DNA of 64,000 bases from Amoebidium appalachense (taxonomy: Eukaryota; Protista; Ichthyosporea). The DNA lies in NCBI GenBank assembly GCA_963693365.1, contig CAVNZM010000012.1, positions 7,754,001 to 7,818,000 on the forward strand, in the 5' to 3' direction. Within the stretch, counting starts at the first letter, position 1. Every line of letters starts with the position of its first letter. Below are positions 13,121 through 26,190 of this stretch, one piece after another. A model generated the notes under the pieces. The model searched no databases. It saw nothing but the letters and a program-made list of their open reading frames with translations, and was not told where the DNA came from. The position numbers and the translations under genes were made by a program.

Positions 13121-14869
13121 ATGGGCGGGTTCAAACAGCTTATCACCTGCAAGCCCTACGAGCTTTCTGAGGACGAGAAGAACAAAAATGGTCTCGACCG
13201 CTGCCTCACAGTTTACGACCTCATTGCATACGGTTTGGGCTCGTGCGTAGGCGCCGGTGTTTTCGTCACCACCGGCCAGATTGCCGCCTTCCACGCCGGT
13301 CCCTCCGTCTGTCTGTCGTTCCTGTTTGCTGGTTTTGCTGCCCTCCTCTCTGGCCTTTGCTACGCCGAGTTTGCATCCAAGCTGCCCATTGCCGGGTCAG
13401 CCTATGCCTACTCGTATGCGTCCATGGGCGAGCTGATGGCGTGGATCATGGGCTGGAACCTGTGCCTCGAGTACGGTGTGAGTGCCGGCACCATTGCCGT
13501 CAGCTGGGCCTCGTATGTGGACGCCGCATTTCGCAACTTTGGCGTCACCCTGCCCGTCGGAATCACCCCCGTGCCGTTTGGTGGGCCGTTCCAGGTCAAC
13601 CCCCTCGCCCTGCTGATCATTGTCATTGTCATGTGCGTGCAGCTGCTGGGATGCAACACGTCGGCCAAGTTCAACCTCGTGGTCACGTGCTGGAACGTGT
13701 CTCTCATCTGCTTTGTCATCGTCTACGGCTTCACGTGGGTAGACACGGACAACTGGAACCCGTTCATGCCCTTTGGCTTTCAGGAGACGCTAGCAGGCGC
13801 CGGCATTGCGTTCTTCAGCTATGTGGGGTTTGACGCGGTCAGCAGCATGAGTGCCGAGGCCAAGAACCCGCAGCGCGACATTCCGCTTGGGCTGATGGGC
13901 ACGCTTGGCATTGCCACGACGCTGTACTGCCTGGTGGGGCTGGTCATTGCCGGCATGGTGCCCTACACCACGCTGCAGGACCCCCTGTACACTGACTCGC
14001 CGATCTCCCAGGCCTTCTCCTACGTCGGCTCCAACTGGGCCGCCACGCTGATTGCCATCGGGTCGGTGACCACGCTCACGTGCACCACGCTGTGCTCGAT
14101 GCTCGGCCAGCCCCGCATCTTCCTGGCCATGGCCCAGGACGGCCTGCTGTTCCCCGTGCTCGGCCGCGTCAACAAGCGCAAGGTCCCCGTGGCCGGCACG
14201 CTCTTCACGGCCATCATTGCCGGTACCCTGGCGCTGTTCTTCACCTTTGACTTCCTCTCCGACTCCATCTCCCTCGGCACCTTCATGGCCTTCTCCTGCG
14301 TGTGCTGCGGCGTGCTGGTCATGCGCCTTGCCTTCGACCCCGACCGCGTCAACCCCGACACCCAGCCGGGCAAGCGCCTCGTGCCGTCGTGGGTGCCCAC
14401 GCTGCTTGTGGCCTGGTATGGTGTGGGCTCGTGGGCCTTCTGGATGGTGTTCCTGCGCTCAAATTCCTCCCTGGCCGTGTGCATTGTGGCCGGCATTGCC
14501 CTCTCTGCTATTCCCCTTGCCGGCATCCTCTACCTGTGGTTCTGCAGTGTCGTGGCCCCTGCCCCCGCCACGTTTGTGTGCCCGCTGATGCCCCTCACCC
14601 CCCTCCTGGGCCTGCACGTGAACGGCTGCCTCATGGCCGGCCTCGACTACCAGTCGTACATCAACCTGGCCGTGTGGACCGGCGCGGGTCTTCTGATCTA
14701 CGCCCTGTACGGCTACCGTCACTCTTACCTCCGCAACGAGTCACGCGATAGTTTTGTGGGCGAAGATGTTGTGACGGGAGATGAGGGTAAGGATGGCACT
14801 AAGCCCAAGCTTGTGTCTTCAGAAGGCCCAATTGATAGCGCTCACGATATCAAGGACAACAAGGTATAA
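13121..14869 (+). CDS. Cationic amino acid transporter (APC superfamily, CAT/SLC7-like), intronless, 582 aa
   Basis: Motifs LDRCLTVYDLIAYGLGSCVGAGVFV, AGPSVCLSF, GLCYAEFASKLPIAGSAYAYSY, FFSYVGFDAVSSMSAEAKNPQRDIP, GQPRIFLAMAQDGLL and the C-terminal FVCPLMPLTP...IYALYGYRHS. About 14 hydrophobic segments and strong GC3 bias. Confidence 0.95.
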   Translation: MGGFKQLITCKPYELSEDEKNKNGLDRCLTVYDLIAYGLGSCVGAGVFVTTGQIAAFHAGPSVCLSFLFAGFAALLSGLCYAEFASKLPIAGSAYAYSYASMGELMAWIMGWNLCLEYGVSAGTIAVSWASYVDAAFRNFGVTLPVGITPVPFGGPFQVNPLALLIIVIVMCVQLLGCNTSAKFNLVVTCWNVSLICFVIVYGFTWVDTDNWNPFMPFGFQETLAGAGIAFFSYVGFDAVSSMSAEAKNPQRDIPLGLMGTLGIATTLYCLVGLVIAGMVPYTTLQDPLYTDSPISQAFSYVGSNWAATLIAIGSVTTLTCTTLCSMLGQPRIFLAMAQDGLLFPVLGRVNKRKVPVAGTLFTAIIAGTLALFFTFDFLSDSISLGTFMAFSCVCCGVLVMRLAFDPDRVNPDTQPGKRLVPSWVPTLLVAWYGVGSWAFWMVFLRSNSSLAVCIVAGIALSAIPLAGILYLWFCSVVAPAPATFVCPLMPLTPLLGLHVNGCLMAGLDYQSYINLAVWTGAGLLIYALYGYRHSYLRNESRDSFVGEDVVTGDEGKDGTKPKLVSSEGPIDSAHDIKDNKV

Positions 14870-15292
14870 GTTTTTTTAACTTGCACAATTTGACGTAATG
14901 CGGGTGGTGGAGATTCGAACGGTAGAATGAATGGTTTTATTCAAGGCATGTAAACATATTGAAATATATTTTATAACTGTAACATAATATACTTTTGGAA
15001 CAAAGCTGAGCCTATCTTGTGCTAATCTAGCTTTGCCAAACCAATGAAGGAGTCGCAATTGAGAGGCCGTGCCTCTGCATTTTTAATATTTATTTTCAAA
15101 TAAATAAACGTAAATGAAACACAATGGCAACACGGGCGCTACAATATGATTGGCATGCATCGTACGCACACTTTTTGAACAAAGCCTGCATATAAGCGAA
15201 CATACACATTCTGTGTGGTGCCGGAATACACACTTCGCGAGACACGCACACACATATGCGTCGCATGATGCGCCAAAATGCACACAAACACA

Positions 15293-15378
<86 letters not shown>

Positions 15379-16250
15379 GCACACTCACACACACGCACAG
15401 TCGCACACACACATGCCTGTTAGTGAGCGAGCCTACATGCATGCCCACACACATCTGGCACTGTGACCCTGCACACACATCCACACACGCACAGACACGT
15501 GTCCGCACATGGGCAAACCTACACATACCGCGTCTTGCATACACATTCTTTGCAGAGGGAGGGCAAATGCTATGTTTTTGATCTTGTGTGGGTATGTCCA
15601 CTCGTAGTGGGTGAAGGCTTTGTGTGTGTATGTGTGGGTGGGTGGGTGGGTTTGGGGTCGGGTGAGTGGGGAAGGAGAGAGGGGGGGGGAGGAGGGGAGG
15701 GAAGAAGGGTGGTTGGGGGAAGAGGGGTGGGTGGGTGGGTGGGTGGGTGGGTGGGGGGGGAGTGTGGGTGGGTGGGGGAGGGGAAGGGGGTTGGAGTAGA
15801 GGTGTGTGTGTGCCCGCCCTTGTATGTACGTGCTTGTGCGTGTGTGTGCATGGGGACGGGGGGGGGGGGGGAGGGGGCACTGCGCGCCCATACTCGTGTG
15901 TGTTTGTGGGGAGGTGGGGGGGGGGGGGGGGGGGGGGGGGCGGGAAGCCTCGGACAGGGGGAAGGGCCCGAAGAGGGGGGGGGGGGGGGGGGGTCACAGT
16001 GAGTCGGTGTGTGTGTGTTTGTGTGCGGCACTGTTTGTGTGTGTGTGCTACAATACTTCTGACATGCACTGTGTCTGCTGCATGCCAGAACTGATGAATC
16101 GGATTCAAATCTTTGTGTGTGGCTCCCGAGGCCTGCAAGGAAGTGTAGGTGTCGCAAAGTTTTTTCGTACATTTCTTAAACATTTTCTCTGAGACTTTTA
16201 TTTCAGTGTTGGTGCATTTTTCCTTTTCCTTTTTTTTTCTTTTTTTTTTT

Positions 16251-16281
<31 letters not shown>

Positions 16282-17295
16282 GGGGGGGAGGGGGGGGGGG
16301 AAGGGGGGGGAGGGGGGATGTGGGAGTATGTGCCTCTGGTTTAGTTTGCTAGTGGCACCGTTACGTCATACCTGCCATATTAGGACTTATCACAAGGACT
16401 CCTCATTACACTGATCTGGCGTATATATATGGGTACCAACGTTTTCGCTGCAGAGTCTCGTTTCTGCTTCCGTGTGTGCGTGTGTGTGCGTGTGTGTGTT
16501 TGTGTGTGTGTGTGTGTGTGCGTGTGTGTGTTTGTGTGTGTGTGTGTGCATGCGTGCGTGCGTGAAATCATCAAGTTGTGTGTGTGCGTGCGTACATCCC
16601 TGCATGCGCGCGTGTGTGTGCATTTATGTGCATGTGTGCATGGTGTGCATGTGTGTGCATATATATATATATATTGTGGTGTGTTTGTGCCAATGCGTCA
16701 CGGTGTCATTGTTGATGGCCAGGGGGGGAGGGAGGTGGAGAGGGAGGGGAGGGAGGGGAGGGAGAGGAGGGAGGGATAATAGCTGCAGAAGGTGGTGTAA
16801 AAGTGCGAGCGTGAGCAGCGAACGGCAAGCAAAGAGTGATCTGTTTGTGAGTGTGAAAGCCACAGAATACAATAATAAACAATAAAGGGAGGATGTGGAA
16901 GAATACGTGGCATCTCTGGTAGGGGAGGGACCGTACTGAGATGCAGATGGCCGTAGGGAAGAAAGGAAGAGGCGGGAAGGGAGGAGGTTAAGGGAGGGGA
17001 GAGTGGGGGGGGGGGGGGGGGGGAGGGGGGGGGGGGGGGGGGACGCATTAGCAGAAGCATTGAAAGTTGGGCTATGTCTCCATGTGTCCTTATTAGTTGA
17101 TTCTCAGGTGAGCCGAGTAATGGGGGAAGGCAATTGTTAACAGGCTCATTGGAGTCCCGTTAATTAATGTGGCTGCACCTCAGAACGTGTGCTGAAATCA
17201 CCATTTTTATGATTTCGTATTCAAATTGGGGCCGGGGGGGGGGGGGGGGGGGGGGGGGGACGGGGGCCGGGCGGAGGGGGGGGGGGGGGGGGGGA

Positions 17296-17327
<32 letters not shown>

Positions 17328-17945
17328 CGTGAAAGGGGGGGGGGGGGGGAAGGGGAGAGGAGGGGGGGGGAGGAGGGGGGGGGGAGGAAGGGGAGAGGAG
17401 GGGGGGGAGGAGGGGGGGGGGGGTCCTTTCCATTCTCGGTGTTCTCATTTTTTCCCTTAATTTCGATTGTTCTCTTTGCTAATCGCCTGCTTTCACTTCT
17501 GCACAGTTATATGGGGTAGTAGGGCCCGTGTGGCATGGGGGGTGATGGGAACGGGGGGGTGGGGGGGGGGGAGGGGGGGGCAGAGAAGAAACAAAAGAAG
17601 AAAAACCAACCAACCAATCATTGCATCACCTGCGGGGCACCACCACGGCCACCGCCCTCACGTCCCATGTCTCTCGCCCTCCTTCCCCCCCTCCCCCTCC
17701 CACTCACCTCCCTCTTCCTTTTACTCCTCAATGGAGTAGTTTTCGGGCCCATGCACTTTTTCCATTTTAGCCCCACCCTTGTATATACCCTCTCATCTCC
17801 CAACTGAATGTGTAAAAACCTCCTGAAAAGCTTAAATAGCGTGGTATGGCGGCATTGCTCACATAATATGGCATCTCCCATTCCCCCTTCCCCCCCCCCC
17901 TCCCCCAACCCCCACCACCCCCCACTGTGACCACCACCACCACCA

Positions 17946-18147
<202 letters not shown>

Positions 18148-18379
18148 CACACACACACACTCACACACACACACGCGCGGACGCACGAACACGGACACAC
18201 ACACACGAGTATAAACGGGGATAATTAGTGTGGTGCCTCCCTCCCCCCTCCCCGGCCTAAAAATAAATAGCACAGAAAAAAGAATTAAAACACCCAAGCA
18301 CCCCACACAGACCAACCCCCCCCCCCCCCCCCCCCCCCCCCCTCCCTGCCTTTCCCTCCAGTCCCCCCTCCCCCCCCCC

Positions 18380-18410
<31 letters not shown>

Positions 18411-20062
18411 ACACACACGACTGCAAGTAATAGTTTGAATCCGCGTGTGTGCATGCGTGGGTCGGCACAAGTTCGAACAAGTGTGCCTATTGTATGTTGA
18501 GCGACTACATATGTGACTTGATATGGATTACCATGACACAAAACTAATGACCAATGATGGCTATTCCGAGTGTGTAATTCGTGAATACTTGAGGATCATT
18601 CAGGAGCTTCCAATTGCTGTTTGGATTGATTTTTAAATATTCAGGAATACTGCGGAATAAGCCCAGGAATCTTTTCGCTTTTTACGTAGGTGACGTCAAC
18701 TCCTACCTTAACCTACCTCATCCCAGCAAATTCCCCACCCTCCTTAATCCCCTCCCTCCCCCCTCCCCCCTCCCCTCCCCTCCCCCCCCCAAGCCCCCCT
18801 GCCCACAGTGTGATTATCTTAAGCCGCGAAGTTCTGTCGTTTCATCAAGCACGTGAACTTTAACTGCTAGAAAACCCAGGCCACTAGGCATTTACCGACG
18901 AAGGTAAAACTTGGGGAAACGGTACATACCGAGAAATTTATGAAACGTAGAAAACTGCTTTGAAATCATACCATGTACTACCAGTGTTTCATCCCTGTTT
19001 TTCCTTGTGTTTCCCAAATCCCCCCCCCCCCTCCCCCCATCCTCCCGTCAGCATATAACTGGATTCTAGTAACTCAGTCTCCTGGGGTGGAGGGGTGTTT
19101 TGGAATGGGGGGAAGGAGGGAGGGGTAGGGACGGGGGGATGAGAGGAGGGGAGCCGACGGTTAGATACAACAGTTGGTTTAGGTTACCTTATCAGGGAGA
19201 CCTAAGTTCCAAACTTCGTGTCGTGGCAAAGGCTTTTGCTATTTGCACTCTGTGAAGGGCAGAGAACATCCCACGAATCTTAGTCGTAGACTGTACAGCA
19301 AGACTTTGTTGTATCTGACCCTGTCCCTCCCCTCCCTACCCCCATCCCCCCTCTCCCTGACCCTCCCCCCCTCTCCCTCCCCCCCCCCCCCCCGCCCCCT
19401 CCGCCGGACACACTGGCACACGGACCAATACCCACATGACGTACATTAACGTGTAGATGCATGGCGGAGACATGTACAAGCACACACGAACAAGCAAACA
19501 TACAAGCACACACGTACATTGTCAAGCAGCACACTAAACTTATATGCTGAGGCATATGATACACACAAACACACACGCTCACACATACAAGCCATTTACA
19601 CACTCATACAAGCACACACATACAAGGATGCACGTGCACGGCCTTGGGCACACACTGATGAATCCTGGCACGTACATATACAAGCACACACATACTGGCA
19701 CACAAAAGCAAACGCACACGTACACACACACACAAGCACACAAATGCACGGCCTTGAAATTCACACGAAGTACAAGTATGCACATGCATGGCCTGACTCA
19801 CTGTGATATAAGCCACACACACACAAGCATACAAATACAAACACACACATAATATAAGCATACACTCGCAAGCACATACAATCAAGCACACACAAACAAA
19901 CACGCTCAGATGATAAAAGCACACACAAACACACAGTCACACACACACACAGCTACACACCTACAAGAGTTCTACAGAGTCTCCGAAAAGCACACACATC
20001 ATGAACAAGCAGACACATACCAGCACACCGCCACGCACGCACATAAACCGGCTTAAAGGCAC

Positions 20063-20125
<63 letters not shown>

Positions 20126-20680
20126 GCACACACGTGTACTACCTTTGAACACACAGGCATACAAGCACACATATGCAAACCTGAATCACATACAAGCACA
20201 CACTCACACACCGTGTGACAAGCACACACATACAAGCACACACCGTGTGACAAGCACACACATACAAGCACACACCGTGTGACAAGCACACACATGCATA
20301 CATGCATGGCATGAGAACACACACCAAGATGGCAGAGACAAGCAATCAAACCATTACTAAGCACGCACATACTATGACAAGCACTGTGATCCCCTTACCC
20401 TTACGCAAGGGAGCACGTACAAGAACACGAATGCAAGCACAGACATACAAGCATCCTTTACAAGCACGAACGTACAGGCACAGAGACCAGTCTCGAGCAT
20501 ATGCGTGCCCTGTGGGGTAGCTCCGTATATCCCCACAGCGTTATATCAGGTACCCTGATGCCTGGATCTAACTACGGTACAACCTTCAACCTTTGTCATG
20601 ACGTACAAACCGGATATTTGGTTTCGCTTTCTTTCTTTATTTAATTCTTTCGTTCTTTCTTTCTTTCTTTTTTTTTTTTT

Positions 20681-20711
<31 letters not shown>

Positions 20712-20741
20712 GGGGCATGGAACACTCGACAGATACCAGTT

Positions 20742-20824
<83 letters not shown>

Positions 20825-21459
20825 AGTGTGACGGTGTGTAATACTGTGAACCATGATTGGGATTGCGATTTTTGAAATATACCAGTTGTAATAGAGGACA
20901 CAGGCCCAGATATGGTAAACCCTTTTAGTTATCGATAAATCGTGACAAGGACAAGAGCTTCTCGAATGATGCTAACATTACAACCGACACGAAAAACTCA
21001 CAAGGAGAAAAGTTACAAGGTGGTGGAGTGAATGTACAAGGTGGTGGAGTGAATGGCAACCGTTGCTCATTCCTTTGCCAAATTTTAAAGCCAAAACACC
21101 AGATCTATACACTGCAAAAGCATTGTTCATTTAGCTGACCACACTCTACTCACAATGCAACCATGTCAGGCTTTCTAAAAATGTGAAAATCTAGATTTCG
21201 AAATATCCAATCACACTCCTCACGCTCTAAAACTAGCTAATTAACACTGAGTCTCCAAAATTCTCAGACTAATAATGGTAAGCGAGTAGGTACAGTTTAA
21301 GCTTAAAGGGCCATATACACCATTTGATTAAGGGGCCATGTACACCATTTTGTATGTCTGCTGTTGGACACGCACTGGTCTGATTCTATCCCCCCCTTCC
21401 ACACTCATTAATCTAACTTTTGAACCACACAAACCTAATAAAAACTCTCAAAACTGAAT

Positions 21460-22731
21460 TTACGCAATCAGGGGGGTCGGTCTGATCTGGCCACTGTGCG
21501 AATCCGAGTCGGACCCACTGGGCAGGTCGTTGGGGTTGTGAACTGGTGGCGAAGCGTCCTTGATATCGACCGAAAATGCGCCCGGATCGAGCGTAACAAT
21601 ATCAACCTTTTCCTTTCCCTTGTCCAGCCCCTGCTTCTGGCGGATGTAATCGGGAACAAACGCACCGGCTGCAGGCCCAGTTTGGGAGCTGCCGGGCGCG
21701 ACCTTGGGGCGGGACATCCTGAAAACGGCATACATGTTTGCGCACCAAAACACCATCAATACTACCAGCGACAGAACTTTCAGAACAAACTCGGCGTAGA
21801 ATGCGGACCGTGTAATCCTGATTCTAACGTCTGTGTTGAACATGGCCTGCAGAACACCTGCCAGCCCGAATACCTTGTACACAATCAGGATCCAACTCTC
21901 CTTGAAATCCAATGCGCGCATCTCTTTTGACTTGGCAAACATCATTGCCACCAGCGTGAACCCGAGCCCGATGTGTGAAATCGCGATGGCTAGGGTCACG
22001 CCGTTGACCCACTCCGGAAGGTAACTGATGCTCTGGTATGCACTGTAGCAGTGGACCACACACGGGGGAAGGTACAGAACTGTGTATAGGCCCGCAATAG
22101 CCCACGGCAGACGGTCGACAGTTGAGCGAAACTCCTGAATCTGATAGGATGGGATCCAGCGTGGGCGGGGAAACAGTGTCGGACACCCGTAGTAACACAC
22201 AAGTATGCGGATCATGAGAGCCGTAGTTGCGATGGCGCATATGCGGGGAACGTACATACATGGGAGCACCCAGAGGAAGGCGAGTCGCCAGCCCTCAAAG
22301 GGAAGCAGGAAAGAGGGAACCAACATGTGGTAGCGAAATCCGTTCATGACGGCCGAGCCGTAGAACGTCAAAAAACCGCCTAAAAAGCCCAGGTTGAGCA
22401 GGCCGATGGACACACGCCCAGCCCCTCGCATTTTGCGTATTTTGAAGGCCCACAGGAGCGTGCACACCAATGGGAAGACGGCGGAGATTGCAGTAAGTAC
22501 CCAGTACCCAACGGTTATCGCTCGTCCCTCTTCTAGGGTCCATCCTGGGGCAACTACCAGTTCGTTGTCCGTAAACTCAAGGTGGGTGGTGTAGAAGTGC
22601 ACAGCAATGACTATGCCCATGGCCACAACGGCGGCCACGATGGAGGGAATAATCCACCCGAGGGACTTAGTCGTGATGCCCCTGGTTTTCTCGCCTTGCA
22701 GGCTGGCGAAGTCCTTAATGGTCCCGTTCAT
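21460..22731 (-). CDS. Intronless multi-pass membrane protein, 423 aa (N-terminal anchor + 7 TM, GPCR-like topology)
   Basis: Long ORF of complex sequence with an in-frame stop just upstream of the ATG (22744-22746), about eight hydrophobic segments and a polar C-tail. A paralog lies at 26191-27466. Confidence 0.85.
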   Translation of the reverse strand: MNGTIKDFASLQGEKTRGITTKSLGWIIPSIVAAVVAMGIVIAVHFYTTHLEFTDNELVVAPGWTLEEGRAITVGYWVLTAISAVFPLVCTLLWAFKIRKMRGAGRVSIGLLNLGFLGGFLTFYGSAVMNGFRYHMLVPSFLLPFEGWRLAFLWVLPCMYVPRICAIATTALMIRILVCYYGCPTLFPRPRWIPSYQIQEFRSTVDRLPWAIAGLYTVLYLPPCVVHCYSAYQSISYLPEWVNGVTLAIAISHIGLGFTLVAMMFAKSKEMRALDFKESWILIVYKVFGLAGVLQAMFNTDVRIRITRSAFYAEFVLKVLSLVVLMVFWCANMYAVFRMSRPKVAPGSSQTGPAAGAFVPDYIRQKQGLDKGKEKVDIVTLDPGAFSVDIKDASPPVHNPNDLPSGSDSDSHSGQIRPTPLIA

Positions 22732-24039
22732 TTTCAGGGTTGTTTACAGGTTCGTTGTTGCAGGATCCGGATATGTAGAAGGGAAACCGCTGAGGGTGGA
22801 TGCTTTCGAATGGCCGTGGCTATCTTGATTACGGCTTAGAAGATGCTGCAGCTGGCAGCCCCAAGCTAAGTGCAGTGAATAAAAGTTTGCGCAGTGTGAG
22901 CCTTGACACGTGCACTGAGGCCACCTGCTAACTAAGCTGAGTAAAGGGTAAGGGCGAGGTGTGACCACCAGTAAGGCTAATGAGTAATTATATATGTCGG
23001 CTTTTCTTCCTTTCTCTCTCTTTTTCTTATCTGAATTAAATATATGTGCATGCACCCTCCAAGGCGGAAGGTGTTCGACTGAACTCGGACTGCGCGCGGT
23101 CTCCGGTGTATATTCATGAATCCGCATACCATAGTCTATCACCAAAGCCGCTGCTGAGTAACTTTAGTTATCTCAACTTGCAATTGTACAGCAGCCTAGC
23201 ATGCATTCAGCCTAAACCAAACAGCGTACATATATATATTAGCACGATACCAAACGTGATATAGACGAGGAAAACGTTTAAAGAAGTAAAAAACTAGTAG
23301 AAAAAACACGTCACATTTCAAAACGTTTTTGTTGAGAGTTGAGTTGGTCGGCTCGAGACTCGTCTGCAGGACGTTGTGTGTGACGTCACCATAAACATCA
23401 TCCGGCGATCCTAAAGAGTCGGCTAAGATCGCCTCGGCGGCTTGATTTGATTGGAACAGAACTCCACACCATGATAGTGGTGATTGTGCTTGCTAAGCCT
23501 GTGCGAGAAGCCGATGTGATTGGATCACAGCGCATCACGAAATCCGACAACATTCCATTGATCTAGGTAGCTGCTGGCCCCAGCGCTAGCGCGCCCATCT
23601 GATGCCCAGGGCAGGGCTGGTTGAGAGTTTGTAACGTGGAAGAAATGAAAAAATCAACAGTCACTCCGAATTTAACAATAGAAAACGCTTTCAAAAACAG
23701 TGCACTTTTATTAATACTAAACAGTTTTCAAAAGAGCAAAATAATGAAACGTCTATAGCCATCATTATCCGGAGAAAGGTATTCATAAGATGACTATCGG
23801 GTAAAGATCTGATTCCTTTTCGAATTCAGTGCACACACATGAAAATGAAATCGTGAACCGATGCGCGCGGAGCACTTCACGCGTCACGGCACGCTGCCAC
23901 GATGATATTGTATCTCAAGTTTTTTTTTTTCTTTCTTTTTTTAACTGTAGCCAAGGCCAGAGTGTAATCCCAATCCAAGTGGGTGGATGTGGTATATTAT
24001 ACAGTGGAGAACACCGACAAGTAGAGGCCTCACCGTGAG

Positions 24040-24584
24040 GACCGCGCGTGGACCGATACCCGGACCCAGCCCGGGTCACCGGTGACCTGTTGTGACCGTC
24101 ACCTAATACTGGCAGTACTACTGCTACATAGTGCTGCTGCACCGGCGGTGCACGTGAAATGGGCACACCGGGAAAAAATACGTTTGGGACTCCACCTTTG
24201 TTTCAGTTTGTGTGGATGCACGATTAGAGGGACACTATCAGCTGATCAGAGGAGCTTGCTAAATTGTGTGTACATGTAAGGAATGGAGGAGTAAGGAAAG
24301 GAATGGAGCAGTAACGGAATCGCGGTATGTAAGCTGTTGACGCCATACACACGTGTGTACCGTCCAACGGATAACCGCTCAGGCGGCATTAATAAATTTG
24401 CTGCGCAGTGCGCAGTTCCGAAGGCCGCCTGCACTGCAGGCCCTGCAGTGCGGTCACCGTGAGCTAATATTAGCTGCCCTTGCACTGAATTCGTTCGGTG
24501 ACTGAACTGCCAAGGGCCAACGTTACGTTTCAAGTTGTGCTCAAAGTCGGTGACTCGGTGTCGGCAAAACTACAAGTTGTACAT

Positions 24585-24631
<47 letters not shown>

Positions 24632-25200
24632 CGTTTCACTCCCGGCGAGGCACTGCCTCAGGGGAGCTTACCGTATTCCGCCTAGACACAGATCGTACTG
24701 TATAATAGCACACTCATAAGTCAGGATTCTAATTGACCCCAACTGGCACTATTTTTAGTTACGCCTTATCCCACGGTTCTAGCCGCAGCAACGCTAGTGG
24801 GGAAGTGAGCACAGCTCACTTTAACAACACCAGCCGGGAGCGACCCGGGACACATACACAAACATAAAGACTTGAAAGATGAAGACCCCATGCCCAGGAC
24901 GCTGACCCGAACCGTGGCCGGTGACTCGGATTGGTCCACTTGAACGTTGGGCTGGGATGCCCAAGCGGCGCGCCGTTGACGTCAGAGGGCCGGTGCTGTT
25001 CATGACGTCATGTCTTGCGGCCGGATGATAACAAATTGGTGGTGCTGCTTGACGTGGTCTGGGGTCTAGGTGGCGGCCAGACCAGTGGACCGTCGAGGCA
25101 GAAAATCGGAAGTAACCAGGATCGATCCTGCGACTTTGAGCTTGACACGCAGCAAGTTGTACATGTAATAGTCCTGTTAAAATTGTCCTCCCTCGAAAGT
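24040..25200. mobile_element. Possible decayed DNA transposon between the two membrane-protein paralogs
   Basis: Clustered CGGTGAC/GTCACCG and CCGGG motifs, palindrome GGTCACCGGTGACC (~24075), and a frameshifted BED-finger-like peptide on the - strand (FC..TSSSTTNL/YHPAARH, ~25000-25110). Confidence 0.25.
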
Positions 25201-25920
25201 CAAGTTTGGGTAAATGCATATCAGAAAGGGGGGAATGTGCAAGTGTTTTTTTTTGCGGTCGCTCGTTTGAAATATATATACATATGCTTACTCCCATCTG
25301 CGTGGACCGTGGCACAGCACTAGTGTCACAGCTCTGACAGCATGCGCACATGGCCTCATTACTGGCCTGTGCAGGCCTGCGCACTGTTATCATGGTGCGA
25401 GCAGAAGGCAGATGATCAATGATCACAAAAAAATGAACAGGACAACTTCGCTGCGTGAATTTGAGAAACGGTGGCAGCCTCCAGGCACACTCACAATCTC
25501 ATGAATGCTTCGAAGGGGTGTTCTCTAGATCTTACCAATGTACCTTTTGAGGCGTACCCCTTATTCGAGTCCCAACACGTTAAACAACGAACGGCTCCTT
25601 CTAGGGCATGGCCGGTCAAAACAGTAGTATACGGCTAAGCGTGGCAGATTACAGCATGCATGCGGTTCCAGTTGAATGCCTTACATGTGAGTTATGTCCG
25701 GCACACTTTCTGGCACACTTTACCGTCGCTCCCGACCCGACGGAGGCCGTGGCTAAATATTTTCAACGGTGTAGCGCACTTGTCACGTGTGTATAGCACC
25801 AACATTAGTGGTGACTCTGCCACTGCCAGTGCCCCGGAGTCACACGTATGTTAAGATTGACACAATCCAAATAATCAGTGTCTGCATGCATGCCTACGCT
25901 ATGATACACAACCAAGTTTT

Positions 25921-26019
<99 letters not shown>

Positions 26020-26190
26020 GTGTGTGTGTGGTGTGTGTGTGTGTGCGTTGGGAGAGGTGTGGGGGTGTGGGGGGGAAGGCGGGCATGCAGTGATAACTTT
26101 ACCTGAGAGGTAATAGCAGCAATGTGCACTAACATGGAGATATATATGGGGTTTGGCAACCGTTTGACAATAAACACAAACACCGCCGCA

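Noticed and set aside
13243-14751. Overlapping alternative-frame and antisense ORFs within the transporter
   Set aside because: They are shadows of high GC3 codon bias.
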